From Lytechinus pictus (Eukaryota): DNA of 64,000 bases. The first letter of the stretch is position 1; each line of letters opens with the position of its first letter. The stretch spans positions 8,186,001 to 8,250,000 of the forward strand of contig NC_087250.1 in assembly GCF_037042905.1 (NCBI RefSeq), in the 5' to 3' direction. The position numbers and the translations under genes are program-made. Under the pieces are notes generated by a model. The model saw only the letters and a list, made by a program, of their open reading frames with translations, ran no database searches and was not told the origin of the DNA. This document shows, piece by piece, positions 36,976-49,900 of the stretch.

Positions 36976-39149
36976 TTATGCCATATTAGTCCAGGAAAAA
37001 TAACTGATTTTGGGGGTAAACCGCAAACAAATTGCAATAGAATTTTTTTTACCACAATGCATTTTCTTGAAGTCCCCAAAATGACATACTAAAAGTCCAG
37101 AAAAATCCCAGTAGTGGAAAGACGTCTAATTTGCATAAATCCAAAATGGCCGCCAAATTTTCAGAAAATTTGAATTTTCGTACATAGATTTTGACATGAA
37201 CATGTAATTGCCACAAAATTAGTGTCATATGAAAGAGAAATAAATTTCCTACAATTTGGTACTATTTATAGGGGATAAAAAGATAATTTGGCTGAGATTT
37301 TTTAGTAGAAAACTGCATTTTTGTCATTTTTTCCCAAAAATTGAAAATTTTGAAAATACATGATTTTACATAAATCTGAGAAAAATTAAGCAATTACCTT
37401 GAAATCTTTCAGAAAACTTTATTGATATACTATTATCATGTGGATGCAATTCTAAATTGGTGTCATTCTTTTTAACAAATTTATAAGGTATCAAAGTTGA
37501 ATATTCAAATTTTACAAATGTCGTTTTTGTATGCATTTTCGTAGACTAATATGTATAAAGTGTAGAGTACAGTAGTGAAAGATTGTATGCATTTATCTGC
37601 ACTTTTTAACCGCTTAGTTAAGATTAGGCTTTTCTTTATCAGCTACATAAAAAGGCAGGTACATTGACGCCTACCCCTCTCAGGGGGCTGTCAAAGTCAC
37701 GCCCGCTGGCTATATCATGCTGTACAGTGTGTATCAAAATAAACGCAACCACATTTCATTCCAAATTTGTGAAAAATATGTTAGCTTTAAAGTCTCGGAA
37801 AAATTACTGATTTAGGGGGTCAACCTCAAACAAATTGCACAATAATTTTTGTACTGCAATGCTTTCCCTTGATGTCCCCAAAAGTTCATACTAAAAGTGT
37901 TTTTAAAATCCATGTAGTGGAAAGACGTCTTATTTGCATAAATCCAAAATGGCGGCCATCGCAAGAATTTTCAGTAATGTTTACTTATAGTAGTACAAAC
38001 ACTTGTCTGATCATAGCACTTTAAAAAGTTATGATTAAAGCATTTACCTTTCACCAGTGTTATATCTTACCATAGGCTTTGTCTTAAAATTAGAATGCAA
38101 GTCAGATTTGGCCTCTGCTGACCTCTAGAGGTCAATGACCTCAAGGTCAACGACCTCAAAATATCGGAAAATTAATGTTTTGCATCATTAGCTCATGATA
38201 AATGTAATAATAATGCACACACAATTATTATTTAATATTGACTTTCAAGGTAACCTGATATTCTGGAAAGAATTTTGTGTATTAAAAATGTTGACCTTTG
38301 ACCCTGGAGCAATGGAAAAGGTCAATTACCTTAACATATTACAATATTGATACTTAGCATCAGTGGTTTATGATAAACAGGCCTCTCGTGAAAAAAAAAT
38401 ACAATACAATTTATTTCAGCACAATGCATTTCCATGAAGTCTCCAAAATGGCATACTAAGAGTCCAGAAAAATCCATGTAGTGTAAAGACATCTAGTTTT
38501 TGCATAAATCCAAAATGGGGGCCACCGTGAGAATTTTACATTTTTACAAATAATGGTAAAAACACTGGTCTGATCATACCACTTAAAAAATAATCATAAA
38601 AGCATTTAACTTTCACCATAGGCTTCATTTTAAAATTCCAATGCAATTCAGATTTGACCTCTCCTGACCTTTTGAGGACAATGACCTTAAGGCCAATGAC
38701 TTAAAAATATTGATGTTTTGCATCCAGAGTTCTTGATTAGCATCATGTTATATCAACTTGTGTTTGAAATTTGAGGATCTCAAAAGAAATTTGACCTTAA
38801 ATGTAAAAATATTGGTACTCGGCATCACTGGATGATATGATAATGTTTTGAGGTAATTGACTTTTCACTTTCCTCAGTAGTCAAAATGTTGAGATCTGCA
38901 ATCTTTACCCAAATGGTCTGTTTAAAATAACAAAACTATATCATATGTATAGTTGTAAGTTTGTAACTCTAGGGGCACGTTTCATAAAGAGTAACTTTGC
39001 CATTATGGCAACTACCATGGCATTAGGGTTCAGCAGCAAATCAAAATCAAGGTTACCATGGTAGTTGTCATAATGGCAACGTTGCAACATTTGTAACTCT
39101 TTATGAAACGGGTCCCATGTCTTTTTTGGCTAGTACATTCTGAATGAGG

Positions 39150-40370
39150 TTAGAGCATTGGGAGGTATTGAAATGATATCTGAAATGCCTCAATTATTTT
39201 TTTGCACTTATCATCTATGTATACTTCCCGAGAGACTTGCAAGTTTTCCCATCTAGATTGTAACCTGGTGTAGTTGCTCATTAGAAGGGAGATGCAGCTT
39301 ACCACGATGCTGGTTGGCACTGCACTTCTCTTCCCATAACTTGCATAATGGTGACTCTGTCAGTGGTTTCACAGAATTAAAAATATGTTTCCTAGATTTT
39401 AGGCTTTTTCAGCTAGTTTGGCATCATAGATTTGATGGACGCTATATCTTCGCTGAGAGCTCTGTGGTCTAGCTACTGGTCTGCGTATATCAGATGGGCA
39501 ATTACCTGACAGGAAATACAGACCCTTCACATTGTTTTGGCTTTAGATAGTTTGTGATAGTCCCACAAGTGTTGTCTAGAGGAAGATGTGTCCAAGACAG
39601 CACATGCACACTCTGTAGCAGAGTATTGGTGGAGGAGTTTGTCAGTTCCGGAGAAGGTTATTATGGATCCTCACTTTCCACCTTCACTCTAAATGTGACT
39701 GATCAAGGTTGACAACAAGATATATTGCATGGTCGCAGTGCTGGAATGGAATTAAAACTATAGGTTGTTTTGAGTTTCCTCAAAGCATGAGGATTGTGGG
39801 TATGAAACAAGCCAACCTTGGTCTTTGGGTTTGAAGACTGGACTCAAGCAAGAACAAGCTACCCTGAGAGAGTCAGTTCTTTTGAATTCTTTACCTGCTG
39901 GTCTTCCTGTTGAGCTCCATAAAGAGATGTCTGTTTTCTAGTAGAAGTTTGATGACTTTGGTCAGATGAATGTCATCAATGATTTGTATAGTTGTACGGG
40001 TAGACCACAGTATCAGATGCAGCTGCTAATTCAACAATTTTCTACACCAGTTAGTTAGTTACCGTATCAAATCGGAAGTCCTCAGTGAACTGAGTCTGGT
40101 TGAGAACCTAGCCTGTATATTATTTCCAAAGTTAAGAACCAGCCTGGTTAGGAATATGATATGTTGTTCTATAATGGGACCATTTTTTTTTAGGATGAGA
40201 TGCTCAAGTAGCTTGTAGAGATATCAGAAAAGGGTGATTGGCCTGTAGCTTTTAGGCACATTTGGATCTTTCCCAGGTTTGAGGAAGTACTTCAGCCTTC
40301 CTCAAAATTTCTGGGAGATTTGTGTAGCACATTGTTAAACAGGCTGACAAGCTATTCTGAAGTATGGAAG
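39150..40370 (-). pseudogene. Degraded non-LTR reverse transcriptase fragment (Ingi/Vingi-like)
   Basis: Minus-strand LKPGKDPNVPKSYRPIT..YLYKLLEHLIL, QAG and SQGS remnants with stops and frameshifts. Confidence 0.55.
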
Positions 40371-40374
40371 CTTA

Positions 40375-40890
40375 AGATGTTCATATAATCATCTCGTCAT
40401 GTCTACATCTCTTAAGGAAAAGAGATAAGATGACGAAATCTCGGATCTCGTCATGTCTACATCCTGTGTGAGAGATGATCAGATGGCAAGATCTTGGATC
40501 TCGTCATGTCTACATCCTGTGGGAGAGATGACCAGATGACATGATCTGTGATCTCATCATGTCAACATCTTTTAGAAGAGATGACCAGATTTGTGATCTC
40601 GTCATTTCTACATCTTTTAGAAAAGATGATCAGATGGCAAGATCTTGGATCTCGTCATGTCTACATCCTGTAAGAGAGATGATCGCTGACAAGATCTGGG
40701 ATCTCGTCATGTCTACAACTCTTAGGGAAAAGGATAAGATGACAATATGATCATCTCTCCCACAGGAAGTAAAAAATGACGAGATCCAAGATTTTGCCAT
40801 CTGATCATCTCTCACACAGGATGTAGACATGACGAAATCTAAGATATTGCCATCTTATCCTTTTCCGTATGCGGACATGACGAGAAATCG
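40375..40890. repeat. Foldback element with tandem gatctcgtcatgtctacatc subrepeats
   Basis: TIR agatgttcatataatcatctc / gagatgattaaatgaacatct; ~8 forward and ~3 inverted subunits. Confidence 0.7.
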
Positions 40891-43493
40891 GAGATGATTA
40901 AATGAACATCTGGGCGGCAGATCAAAATGTTTCATTTACTCAGAGTGGTGTCACCGAAGCGTGCTACCTTTCCCTTTTTTGTTCCTTCAATTTCAATATC
41001 CAGGTGAAGTCTCAATTGGACTGGTCCCATGGAAGATATCCACATAGTAAACTAGTTAAGTTTAATATTCTAAATGAATTGACCTTTGAAAGTTTCAGGG
41101 TCAAAGGTCACAACTTTTAATACTCGCAAATTTTCTCATTTATCAAGGGGCCTTATAAGTTAACGAATTGTTTTGATGAAAACATAATTTTTTATGATAT
41201 TCCGACTTCAATTATCATTGCCTCTAGAGTTCAGCACAGGTCAATTCTAAATTGCATCCGATTTTTAAAATGAAACCTAGATGATAAAATATAACAGTGA
41301 TGAAAGTTTACGCTTTAATCATATTCTTAGTGTTATGATCAGACCAGTATTTGTACTACTACGATTAATCATATTTGATCACTTTTGATGCCAATAAGAC
41401 GCTTTTCCACCACTTGGATTTTTCTGGACTTTTAATATATCATTTTGGAGACTTCATGGAGATGCAATGTGTTGAAAGGAATAGTATTACAATTTTTACA
41501 CATTGAGGCCTGTTTATCATATATGCTTAGCGTCAATATTCCAAAATGTTAAGGCCATTGACCCTTTCTAGCTCTCCAGTTTTCAAAGTTCAAAGTTTAT
41601 AACCCACCAAATTATTTTTAAAATACCAGCCAATACCTCGGAAGTCAATATTGAATAATTTTGTTTTCATTATTACTATTTTTATCATGAGCTAATGATG
41701 CAAAACATTTTTTTTTAAAATATATTTTGAGGTCATTGACCTTAAGGTATTTGACATCTAGAGATCAGCAGAGGTCAAATCGGACTTCCATTCATTTTTT
41801 TAAATGAAGCATATGGTAAGATATAACACTGATGAAAGTTCAATGCTTCAATAATAATTTTTAAAAGTGCTATGATCAGACCAGTGCTTGTACTAATAAT
41901 CATAAAAAGTTTTCATGATGGTCGCCATTTTGGATTTATGCAAATTAGACGTCTTTCCACTACATGGATTTTTCTGGACTTTTAGTATGTCATTTTGGCA
42001 ATTTCATGGAAATACATCGTGCTCAAATAATTGCAATTTTTACACTAGAAGCCTGTTCATAAATCGGAGATGCTACTTGTCAATATTCTAAGATGTTAAG
42101 GTCATTGACCTTTTCCAGCTCTCCAAGGTCAAAGGTCAAGATTTATGACCCACCAAATTCTTTCTAAAGTATCAAGATACCTTGAAAGTCAATATTGAAT
42201 CATTTGTTTTCATTATAACCATATTTATTATTTACTAATGATGCAAAACATCAATTTGCTGATATTTAGAGGTCATTGACCTCTAGAGGTCAGCGGAGGT
42301 CAAATATGACTTTCTTCTGATTTCAAAATGAAGCCTATGGTAAGATATAACACTGGTAAAAGTTTCATGCTTTTATCATAATTTTTGAAAGTGCTATGAT
42401 CAGAACAATGTTTGTACTACTATCAATAACCATCAAAAATTCTTACGGTAGCCGCCATTTTGGATTTATGCAAATTAGACATCTTTCCACTACATGGATT
42501 TTTCTGGACTTTTAGTATGTCATTTTGGTAAATTCATGGAAATGCATCGTGCTCAAATTAATTGTATTGCAATTTTTACACTAGAAGCTTGTTCATAAAT
42601 CCGAGATGCTACTTGTCAATATTCTAAGATGTTAAGGTCATTGACCTTTTCCAGCTCTCCAGGGTCAAAGGTCAAGACTTAAAACCCACCAAATTCTTTC
42701 TAAAATATCAAGATACCTTGAAAGTCAATATTGAATCATTTTGTTTTCATTATAACCATATTTATTATTTATTAATGATGCAAAGCATCAATTTTCTTAT
42801 ATTTAGAGGTCATTGACCTTAAGGTCATTGACCTCTAGAGGTCAGCGGAGGTTAAATGCGACTTGTATTCTGATTTTAAAATTAAGCCTATGGTAATATA
42901 TAACATTGGTAAAAGTTTCATGCTTTTATCATAATTTTTGAAAGTGCTATGATCAGAACAATGTTTGTACTACTATCAATAATCATCAAAAATTCTTACG
43001 GTAGCCGCCATTTTGGATTTATGCAAATTAGACATCTTTCCACTAAATGGATTTTTCTGGACTTTTAGTATGTCATTTTGGGGACTTCATGGAAATGCAT
43101 TGCGTTGAAAAAAATTATATTGCAATTTGTTTGCGGTCAAACCTTATTTTTCCTGGACTATATGGATGCATTTTAATGATTATGTATTTATTATGTTTTA
43201 TGTATTATGTTTTATGTATTACGTACTATGTGCGCTTATGAATATTATTTTGGGCCATCCAAACAAGCCTGATGAGCTTTCATTTGGTCCACCACTATTT
43301 TAAAATGAACTTGTATATTGCTTTGTATATATTTTAATTTTGTGGAAATAAATGAAATGAAAAAAAAAAAAAAAAAAAAAAATGTTAGTTTTGGTTTAAC
43401 TTGCTCTCATGCGTTTCTTTCTTTCTTCTTGCATCAATAATGTGATCTCACTTGGTACAAATGATCCTTGCATGGGTAATTAATACTACATGT

Positions 43494-43701
43494 CATAGGC
43501 GGCGGAAGAGGGGGGACGTGCCCCCCTAAATTTTAGGTGGGGGACGATTTTTTTAACCTTTTTTTTTTTTTTTTTTTGCTTGTCAATTTTTTTTCCTGCG
43601 TCCCTCCTATAATCTGTGGTTGATAACCTTTTTTTTTTTTTTGCTTGTCAAAAAAAAGTGTGGTGGTCCCCCCTAAAAATTTTTGGCTTCCGCCGCCAAT
43701 G
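43494..43701. mobile_element. hAT-like MITE, 8-bp TSD
   Basis: CATAGGCGGCGGAAG...CTTCCGCCGCCAATG, TSD CTACATGT. Confidence 0.8.
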
Positions 43702-44358
43702 CTACATGTGTGTGTTCATAAGGATTCTGGATAATGTCTTGTTTCAAGTTGTTCTCATTTCTTTATTTCTGCATCATGAAAATAATCAAGTTTTGACAAG
43801 AAAACAAATTCCATAAAAAATACTCTAAAAATGCTATCAGTATTGTGCAAAGCTTTCAAATCCAAAATATGCATCGCATTACTCTCATTGCGTCATACAG
43901 TATATATTTTGGAATTCGTATGATCTATGGTAGACTATATTTGGGTATACTGCCATAACTCTATTGCTTTAAAGGGGAATTGATTCCCTGACAAAAAGTA
44001 GGTTTTGAAAAATAACTCCAGAAAATTAGAGGAAAAAGCTTGATGAAAATTTGATAGCAATTGAAACGCCTCAGTCCACTGCATTACACGATTCGATATA
44101 GCAACAGTGCTGACTTTGAAAACAGCTATTGAATGATTATTCACCAAAGAAAACATCTATATGATAAAATATTATTTCCATTGACCCAAAATGACCTTTG
44201 ACCATGGTCATGTGACCTAAGATGTGTGCAAAACAATCATTTATATATACTTGATTACCCTTATATGTCTATGCTATAGATGATCCATAAAATTTCTAAG
44301 TTTATGGATTGCATAAAATTCGTAGCGAATTCTCAAATTAATAGACTCTTTATATTAC

Positions 44359-45543
44359 AAACAAGTGGAACGCCTCTGGCAGTCTCGCCTGCATTACGCA
44401 ATTTAATATAGCAGCAGTGCTAACGTTGAAAACTACTATAAAATAATCATTCACAAAAACATCATTCATATAATGACATAATACCACGTTCATTGACCAC
44501 AAATGACATTTGAACGGAGACTTAAGACTGTCAACTACACCCATGTCCACATTTCATTCACTCTATCCATAAACTTTCAAAGTTATGATGGCACTTCAAC
44601 AATTACCCCAACATGGCCTAAGTTTATTGACCTTAACTTACCTTTGACTTGGTTTTGTGACCTGAAACTCACAGGGGATGTTCAGTGATGCTTGATTACT
44701 CTTACATCCCAAGTTTTATGAACTAGATCCATAAACTTTCAGAGTTAGGATGGTAATTCAACAAACACCCCCAACACGGCCAAAGTTCATTGACCTTTAA
44801 TGACCTTTGACCATGGTCATGTGACCTGAAACTCGTACAGGATGTTCAGTGATACTTGATTACTCTTATGTCCTAGTTTTATGAACTAGATCCATAAACT
44901 TTCAGAGTTAGGATGGTAATTTAACAAATACCCCCAACACGGCAAAAGTTCATTGACCTAGTGACCATTGACCATGGTCATGTGACCTGAAACTCTCACA
45001 GGATATTCAGTGGTACTTGATTAACCTAATGTCCAAGTTTCATAAACTAGATCCATAAATTTTCAAAGTTATGGTAATTCAACCAATACCCCCAACTTGG
45101 CCAAAGTTCATTGACCCTAAATGACCTTTGACCTTGGTCATGTGACCTGAAACTCAAGCAGGATGTTCACTAATACTTGATTAACCTTATGCCTAAGTTT
45201 CATAAACTAGGTCCACATACTTTCTAAGTTATGATGTCATTTCAAAAACTTAACCTTCGGTTAAGATTTTGAAAATAATTTTCCCAACATGGTCTAAGTT
45301 CATTGACCCTAAATGACCTTTGACCTTGGTCATGTGACCTGAAACTCAAACAGGATGTTTAATAATACTTGATTAACCTTATGTCCAAGTTTCATGAACT
45401 AGGTTTATATACTTTTTAAGTTATGATGTCATTTCAAAAACTTAACCTTAGGTTAAGATTTGATGTTGACGCCGCCGCCGCCGCCGTCGCCGTCGGAAAA
45501 GCGGCGCCTATAGTCTCGCTCTGCTATGCAGGCGAGACAAAAA
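44359..45543. mobile_element. Helentron-associated (HINE/DINE-1-like) element carrying a ~122-bp tandem array
   Basis: Sub-TIR GTCTCGCCTGCA (44382-44393) / TGCAGGCGAGAC (45527-45538), terminal hairpin with gtctcgc at 45513, A-run flanks, no TSD; central units caaagttcattgacc..tgacctttgaccttggtcatgtgacctgaaactc. Confidence 0.65.
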
Positions 45544-45599
45544 GAGTGATTCCTGTTATTAGTAATGCAGAATTCAGGGCACAAATATTCTGTTTTTTA

Positions 45600-46270
45600 G
45601 AAATAAAGTCTTGAAGGTTAAAGATCTTTTCAACTCGGACAGTTAATGTACAAGTTTATCAATAAACAATTACCATTACCATTTAATGATGTTTGTAAAA
45701 AATGATACGATCCATATAAGCACTTCACTCGCCAGGCGAGTTCCTTTCATTTACCTCTGAAGAGAACATCGTTTGCACAGAAGACATTTGTTTTTACTGG
45801 TCCAAAATGTGGAATTCTGTTTCAAAGGATATTATGCAATGTAATTCAATACAAAATTTCAAAGGGAAACTTAAAAAATATCTTCTGAATTCATATACAT
45901 TATCGCTTTTCCCAAAGTAATGTTATTCAGAACTAAATATGTAAACGTGTTTATAAATTTCTCTTTGTATATATGCTTAATCGTTTTATGATTTTTGTAT
46001 ACTGAATCATTTATTCATTTATTTTTTATTCATTATATTTTTTGTTTTGTTTATTTCTTTATTTTATTTTTAATTCATAAAATGTACTTATAAAAGGGGG
46101 CCTTCACCCTACAAGCTCTGCAGTTGGTCTCCTTCACTTTCGTTTTTATGGTATTATTGTATTACAAAAAAATTATTTAAATGTCATATTTTGTAAATAT
46201 GTATGTTGCACTATCACTGTAAGTCTAAAAAGATTGAAAGAGGAAATACATGTAGATGAATTGAAATTGA
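45600..46270 (+). mobile_element. CR1-like LINE 3' fragment
   Basis: FTGPKMWNSV..FKGKLKKYLL C-terminus, AT-rich 3'UTR, (gaaatt)n-like tail. Confidence 0.55.
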
Positions 46271-46352
46271 AGTTATGATGCCAATTCAACAAATACCCAC
46301 AACACGGCCAAAGTTCAATGATCTGAATGACCTTTGACCTTGCCTTAGTCAT

Positions 46353-46510
46353 TGTTTCAAGTTATATTATCAGTCAGAATCAAACAGAATTACACAGCTT
46401 CTGTATATAGTCGAGAGAGTAGCATTTAATAAGTAAACGTTTGTAGCGCCCTCTTTTGGCAGGATCATTACATGCTCCTCAAATCTCATAAACATGCAGA
46501 TATTGTAACA
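46353..46510 (-). repeat. 3' LTR
   Basis: Identical to 51258-51415, preceded by PPT on minus strand. Confidence 0.95.
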
Positions 46511-46934
46511 TCCTCCCTTCTTTGAGCTTTGTGCTAGAGAGAATGTATATAATTGAAAAGAATCAATAATAAACCAAACAATTAAATGTATGTAAATATT
46601 TCCAAAATATAAAACCAAAATACCAGTTTATGAGACTTTCACATTTTTGAAGTTGCACAAAAAATATACTTGCAAAAAAGAATAATTGAGTTAAAAACAG
46701 TTCTTCCAGTTGCAAACAAAATGTTTTAAAAGTCCAGGTTAAATTGTCCAGGTTGATTTCACAAAATAAAAAGTCCAGATAGATGAGTTGATAAATGAGT
46801 TGGTTGTTGCTTCAGTTCTGACTTCAAAATTTGCTTGAGTTAAAAAAAAAAGCAAAAAAACTTGTTTAAAGAAATGTTAGTGTTCAGTTTATTTATTTCA
46901 GCATTCACTTTCTTTCCTTCTTCGGTTTAAATGT

Positions 46935-49900
46935 TCAAAACGTAACAAAATCCCTCATCTTAAGCGGTTCGCGTCGCTGACGTCTAGATCGTCTTAGGGA
47001 AGCTGGGTTGGTTGGTTCCGTTTCTGAGGTATTCAAGTTTGGATCACGCGACTTCTCCGGACTGTTAATATCCGCGTTCTGGGATATCTGGGTCCTGGTA
47101 TAGGACGTATGGCGCTCAGTAGTTGGTACATCAGGTTGAGGATTACCATCAGAACGTCTCCAGTTGAAAAGAGCAGGACCAGTGTCATGTACATCTTGTG
47201 GTTCAGATGTGGCTCTGAGGTGTTCTCTGTTCCTTCTGAGAACCTGGCCCTCACAGCGAACTTCATAGGAACGGTCATCCAGTTTCTTAAGGATAACTGC
47301 TTTCTTCCACTTCTTGTTATTGTTGAATGGCTTGACTCTTACGACTGCTCCTGGTGAGAGATCTTTCAACTTTCTTGTATCTCTGTTGAAATACTTTGCT
47401 TGACGTTTCTGGCTTTCTTTCAGTCTCTCAAGATCAGCCTGTGGGTTGCGATCAGGTGCAAGCAACCGAGTCGAAGTGGGGAGGAGAGTACGAGTCCGAC
47501 GACCCATGAATCTTTGGACTGGACTACTCTGGATACCTTGTGTAGGGGTGTTGCGAATGTTGAGTAAGGCTAGATCAACATCATCTCCAGTATCCTTGCA
47601 TCTTGTAAGTAGTCTTTTTGCAGTCTTGACAGCAGACTCTGCTTTGCCATTAGCTTTGCTGTTGTATGGAGAGATGGTATTATGCTGAACTCCAAGCTTT
47701 TTGGCAAATTCAGCAAATTCGTTAGAGGAGAAAGGAGGACCATTGTCAGATACGATGATTTCAGGTACTCCATATCTCCCAAACTGGTGTTTCAGTTTCT
47801 TGATGACTGCAGGGGCAGTTGTCCTCTGTAGTTTTTCTATCTCAAAGTAGTTTGAGTAGTAACAGATCATGATCAAATATGTGTCATTACTATGATGGAA
47901 AAGATCCAGTCCTATTTTAGCCCATGGTCTGTCTATAATATGGTGCGACATCAGAGGCTGGGCAGGCTGTGAGCTGGAGTTTTCTTGGCATGTGGCACAT
48001 GTTTAAATAAATTCCTTGATTTCTTTACTCATGCCCGGCCAGTAGAGATGATCACGAGCTCTCCTCAAAGTTGACTCGACACCATTGTGACCACGATGTA
48101 ACTCCTCTTTCATTTTGTGCCTGACTTGTTTTGGGACTACAAGCCGTTCACCCTTGAAGATTAGATCATCACTGACAGAAAGTTCATCTCTGAAACCAAA
48201 GTATGGGGTGAGTGACTGAGGAAGTTGTGACTTGTGGTCTGGCCACCCTTCAAGAATGGTGTCTTTGAGTTGGCAGAGAGTAGGGTCATTGGCAGTCTGT
48301 CTTTTTATCTCTGCTATCTTGTCATCAGGGAGTGCCAAGTGGTTAACAGCATTCACCACTTCTAGATCATGTTGTCCACTCTCATAGGGAAGAGAAGCAC
48401 GGCTAAGAGCATCAGCCAGGACGTTGTCCTTGCCCTTGAGATATCTCACTTGTATGTCATATGCAAGAGCTCGTAGCAGTAACCCTTGCAGACGCTTTGG
48501 AGCTCTATCCAGGTGTTTCTTGCAGATGCTTTCAAGAGGTTTGTGGTCAGTGAACACAGCTATTTCACGGCCATAGGTGTATTGATTCCATTTCTCCAGT
48601 GCAAATACTATACCAAGCATTTCTTTCTCAATGACAGAGTATCTGGATTCGGCATCACTCAGCATTCTGCTAGCATAGGCTATCGGTCTTCCATCTTGTA
48701 GCATAACCGCACCTACGCCTGTGGAGCTGGCATCAGTCTGAATTTCTAGCGGTTTGCTATGATCGTAGAAGGCCAACACAGGTGCTTGCACTAGCATCTC
48801 TTTCAACACCTTGAAAGCTTTGTCGTGGTTGGAGTCCCAAGTCCACGCTGAGTTGTTATGCGTCAAGTCATTGAGAGGTTTCATCACATCTGATAACTTA
48901 GGTAGGTATCTGGATAGGTAGTTTACCATGCCACGCAAGCGATGGATGTCATCTTTACAAGAAGGATCAGTCATGTTCAGGATAGCTTCGATCTTTGATG
49001 GATCAGGTTTGAGTCCAGAGCTGGATACGATGTGGCCAAGGAATGTGATTTCCTTCAGTCGGAACTGACATTTCTCCTTGTTCAACACAATGCCAACAGC
49101 TTGACATCTCTTCAGTAGACAATGTAGTCGGGCATCATGCTCAGCATCACTGTTGCCCCAGATGATGATGTCATCGGCCACACAGCGGACTCCAGTAAGA
49201 CCATCAAGTGCTTGGTGAAGCCTCTTTTGGAAGATTTCACTACTGACTTTCAAACCAAATGGAAGACGTTTCCATCTGTACCTTCCCCAGGGTGTGGCAA
49301 AAGTAGTCAGTAAACTAGACTCTTCATCTAACTTGCAGTGAAGGTATCCGTCTTTCAAGTCACTGATTGAAAAGACTGTAGCATCTGAAAGCTGAGGTAG
49401 AATATCATCTAAGACAGGTAAGGGATAGTGCTCCCTCTTAAGCACGATGTTGAGAGGTCTGGGGTCTAGACAAACACGTACTTTACCAGATTTTTTCTGC
49501 ACCACAGCCATCTGATTTACCCAATCAGTTGGAGAGCTGACTTCTTCGATGATGTCTTTTGCCTGAAGATCATCAAGTGCATCCTTTACTTTGCCTTTCA
49601 AGGATTCAGGGATGATTCTAGCTGGGCAAACAGTAGGCATTGCATCATCCGTAACTGTCAGATGAACAGGACTTCCAGGCAGAGTGCCAATTGAAGAAGA
49701 CGAGAACACATCAGGATATTGGTCAGGAATTATCTCAGCAACGTCCTCAGGAACTATGTTGCGTACTAGCTCAAGGGAATCATAATGAACAGTAATGAGC
49801 TGCATCTTTTCCCCTGCTGTTTTGCTCAACAGTGGAGGTAGATCTTCCTTTACTACAATGTATTCAACTTTGTATTTCTTGCCAGTAGCAGGATTTCTGG

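Larger units (their letters stand above)
36987..43160. mobile_element. Non-autonomous Academ-type element; arms made of ~530-550-bp tandem units
   Basis: TAGTCCAGGAAAAATAA...TTATTTTTCCTGGACTA, TSD TAT (36984-36986, 43161-43163); units begin gcc(g)ccattttggatttatgc at ~41923, 42452, 43004. Confidence 0.88.
32308..43379 (+). mobile_element. 5'-truncated CR1/L2-type LINE 3' end, split by two Academ-type insertions
   Basis: QGPILWNNLS...FNFNYKRHLL C-terminus at ~32313-32405; 3'UTR resumes after 43163 and ends in gaaataaatgaaatg + poly(A); candidate TSD AAATGTT (32301-32307, 43380-43386). Confidence 0.65.

Noticed and set aside
48003..48005. Programmed stop-codon readthrough in the Gypsy ORF (and TAG at 24470 in Academ)
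   Set aside because: The stops fall inside domains rather than at a gag/pol boundary; simple nonsense mutation or sequence error is more parsimonious.
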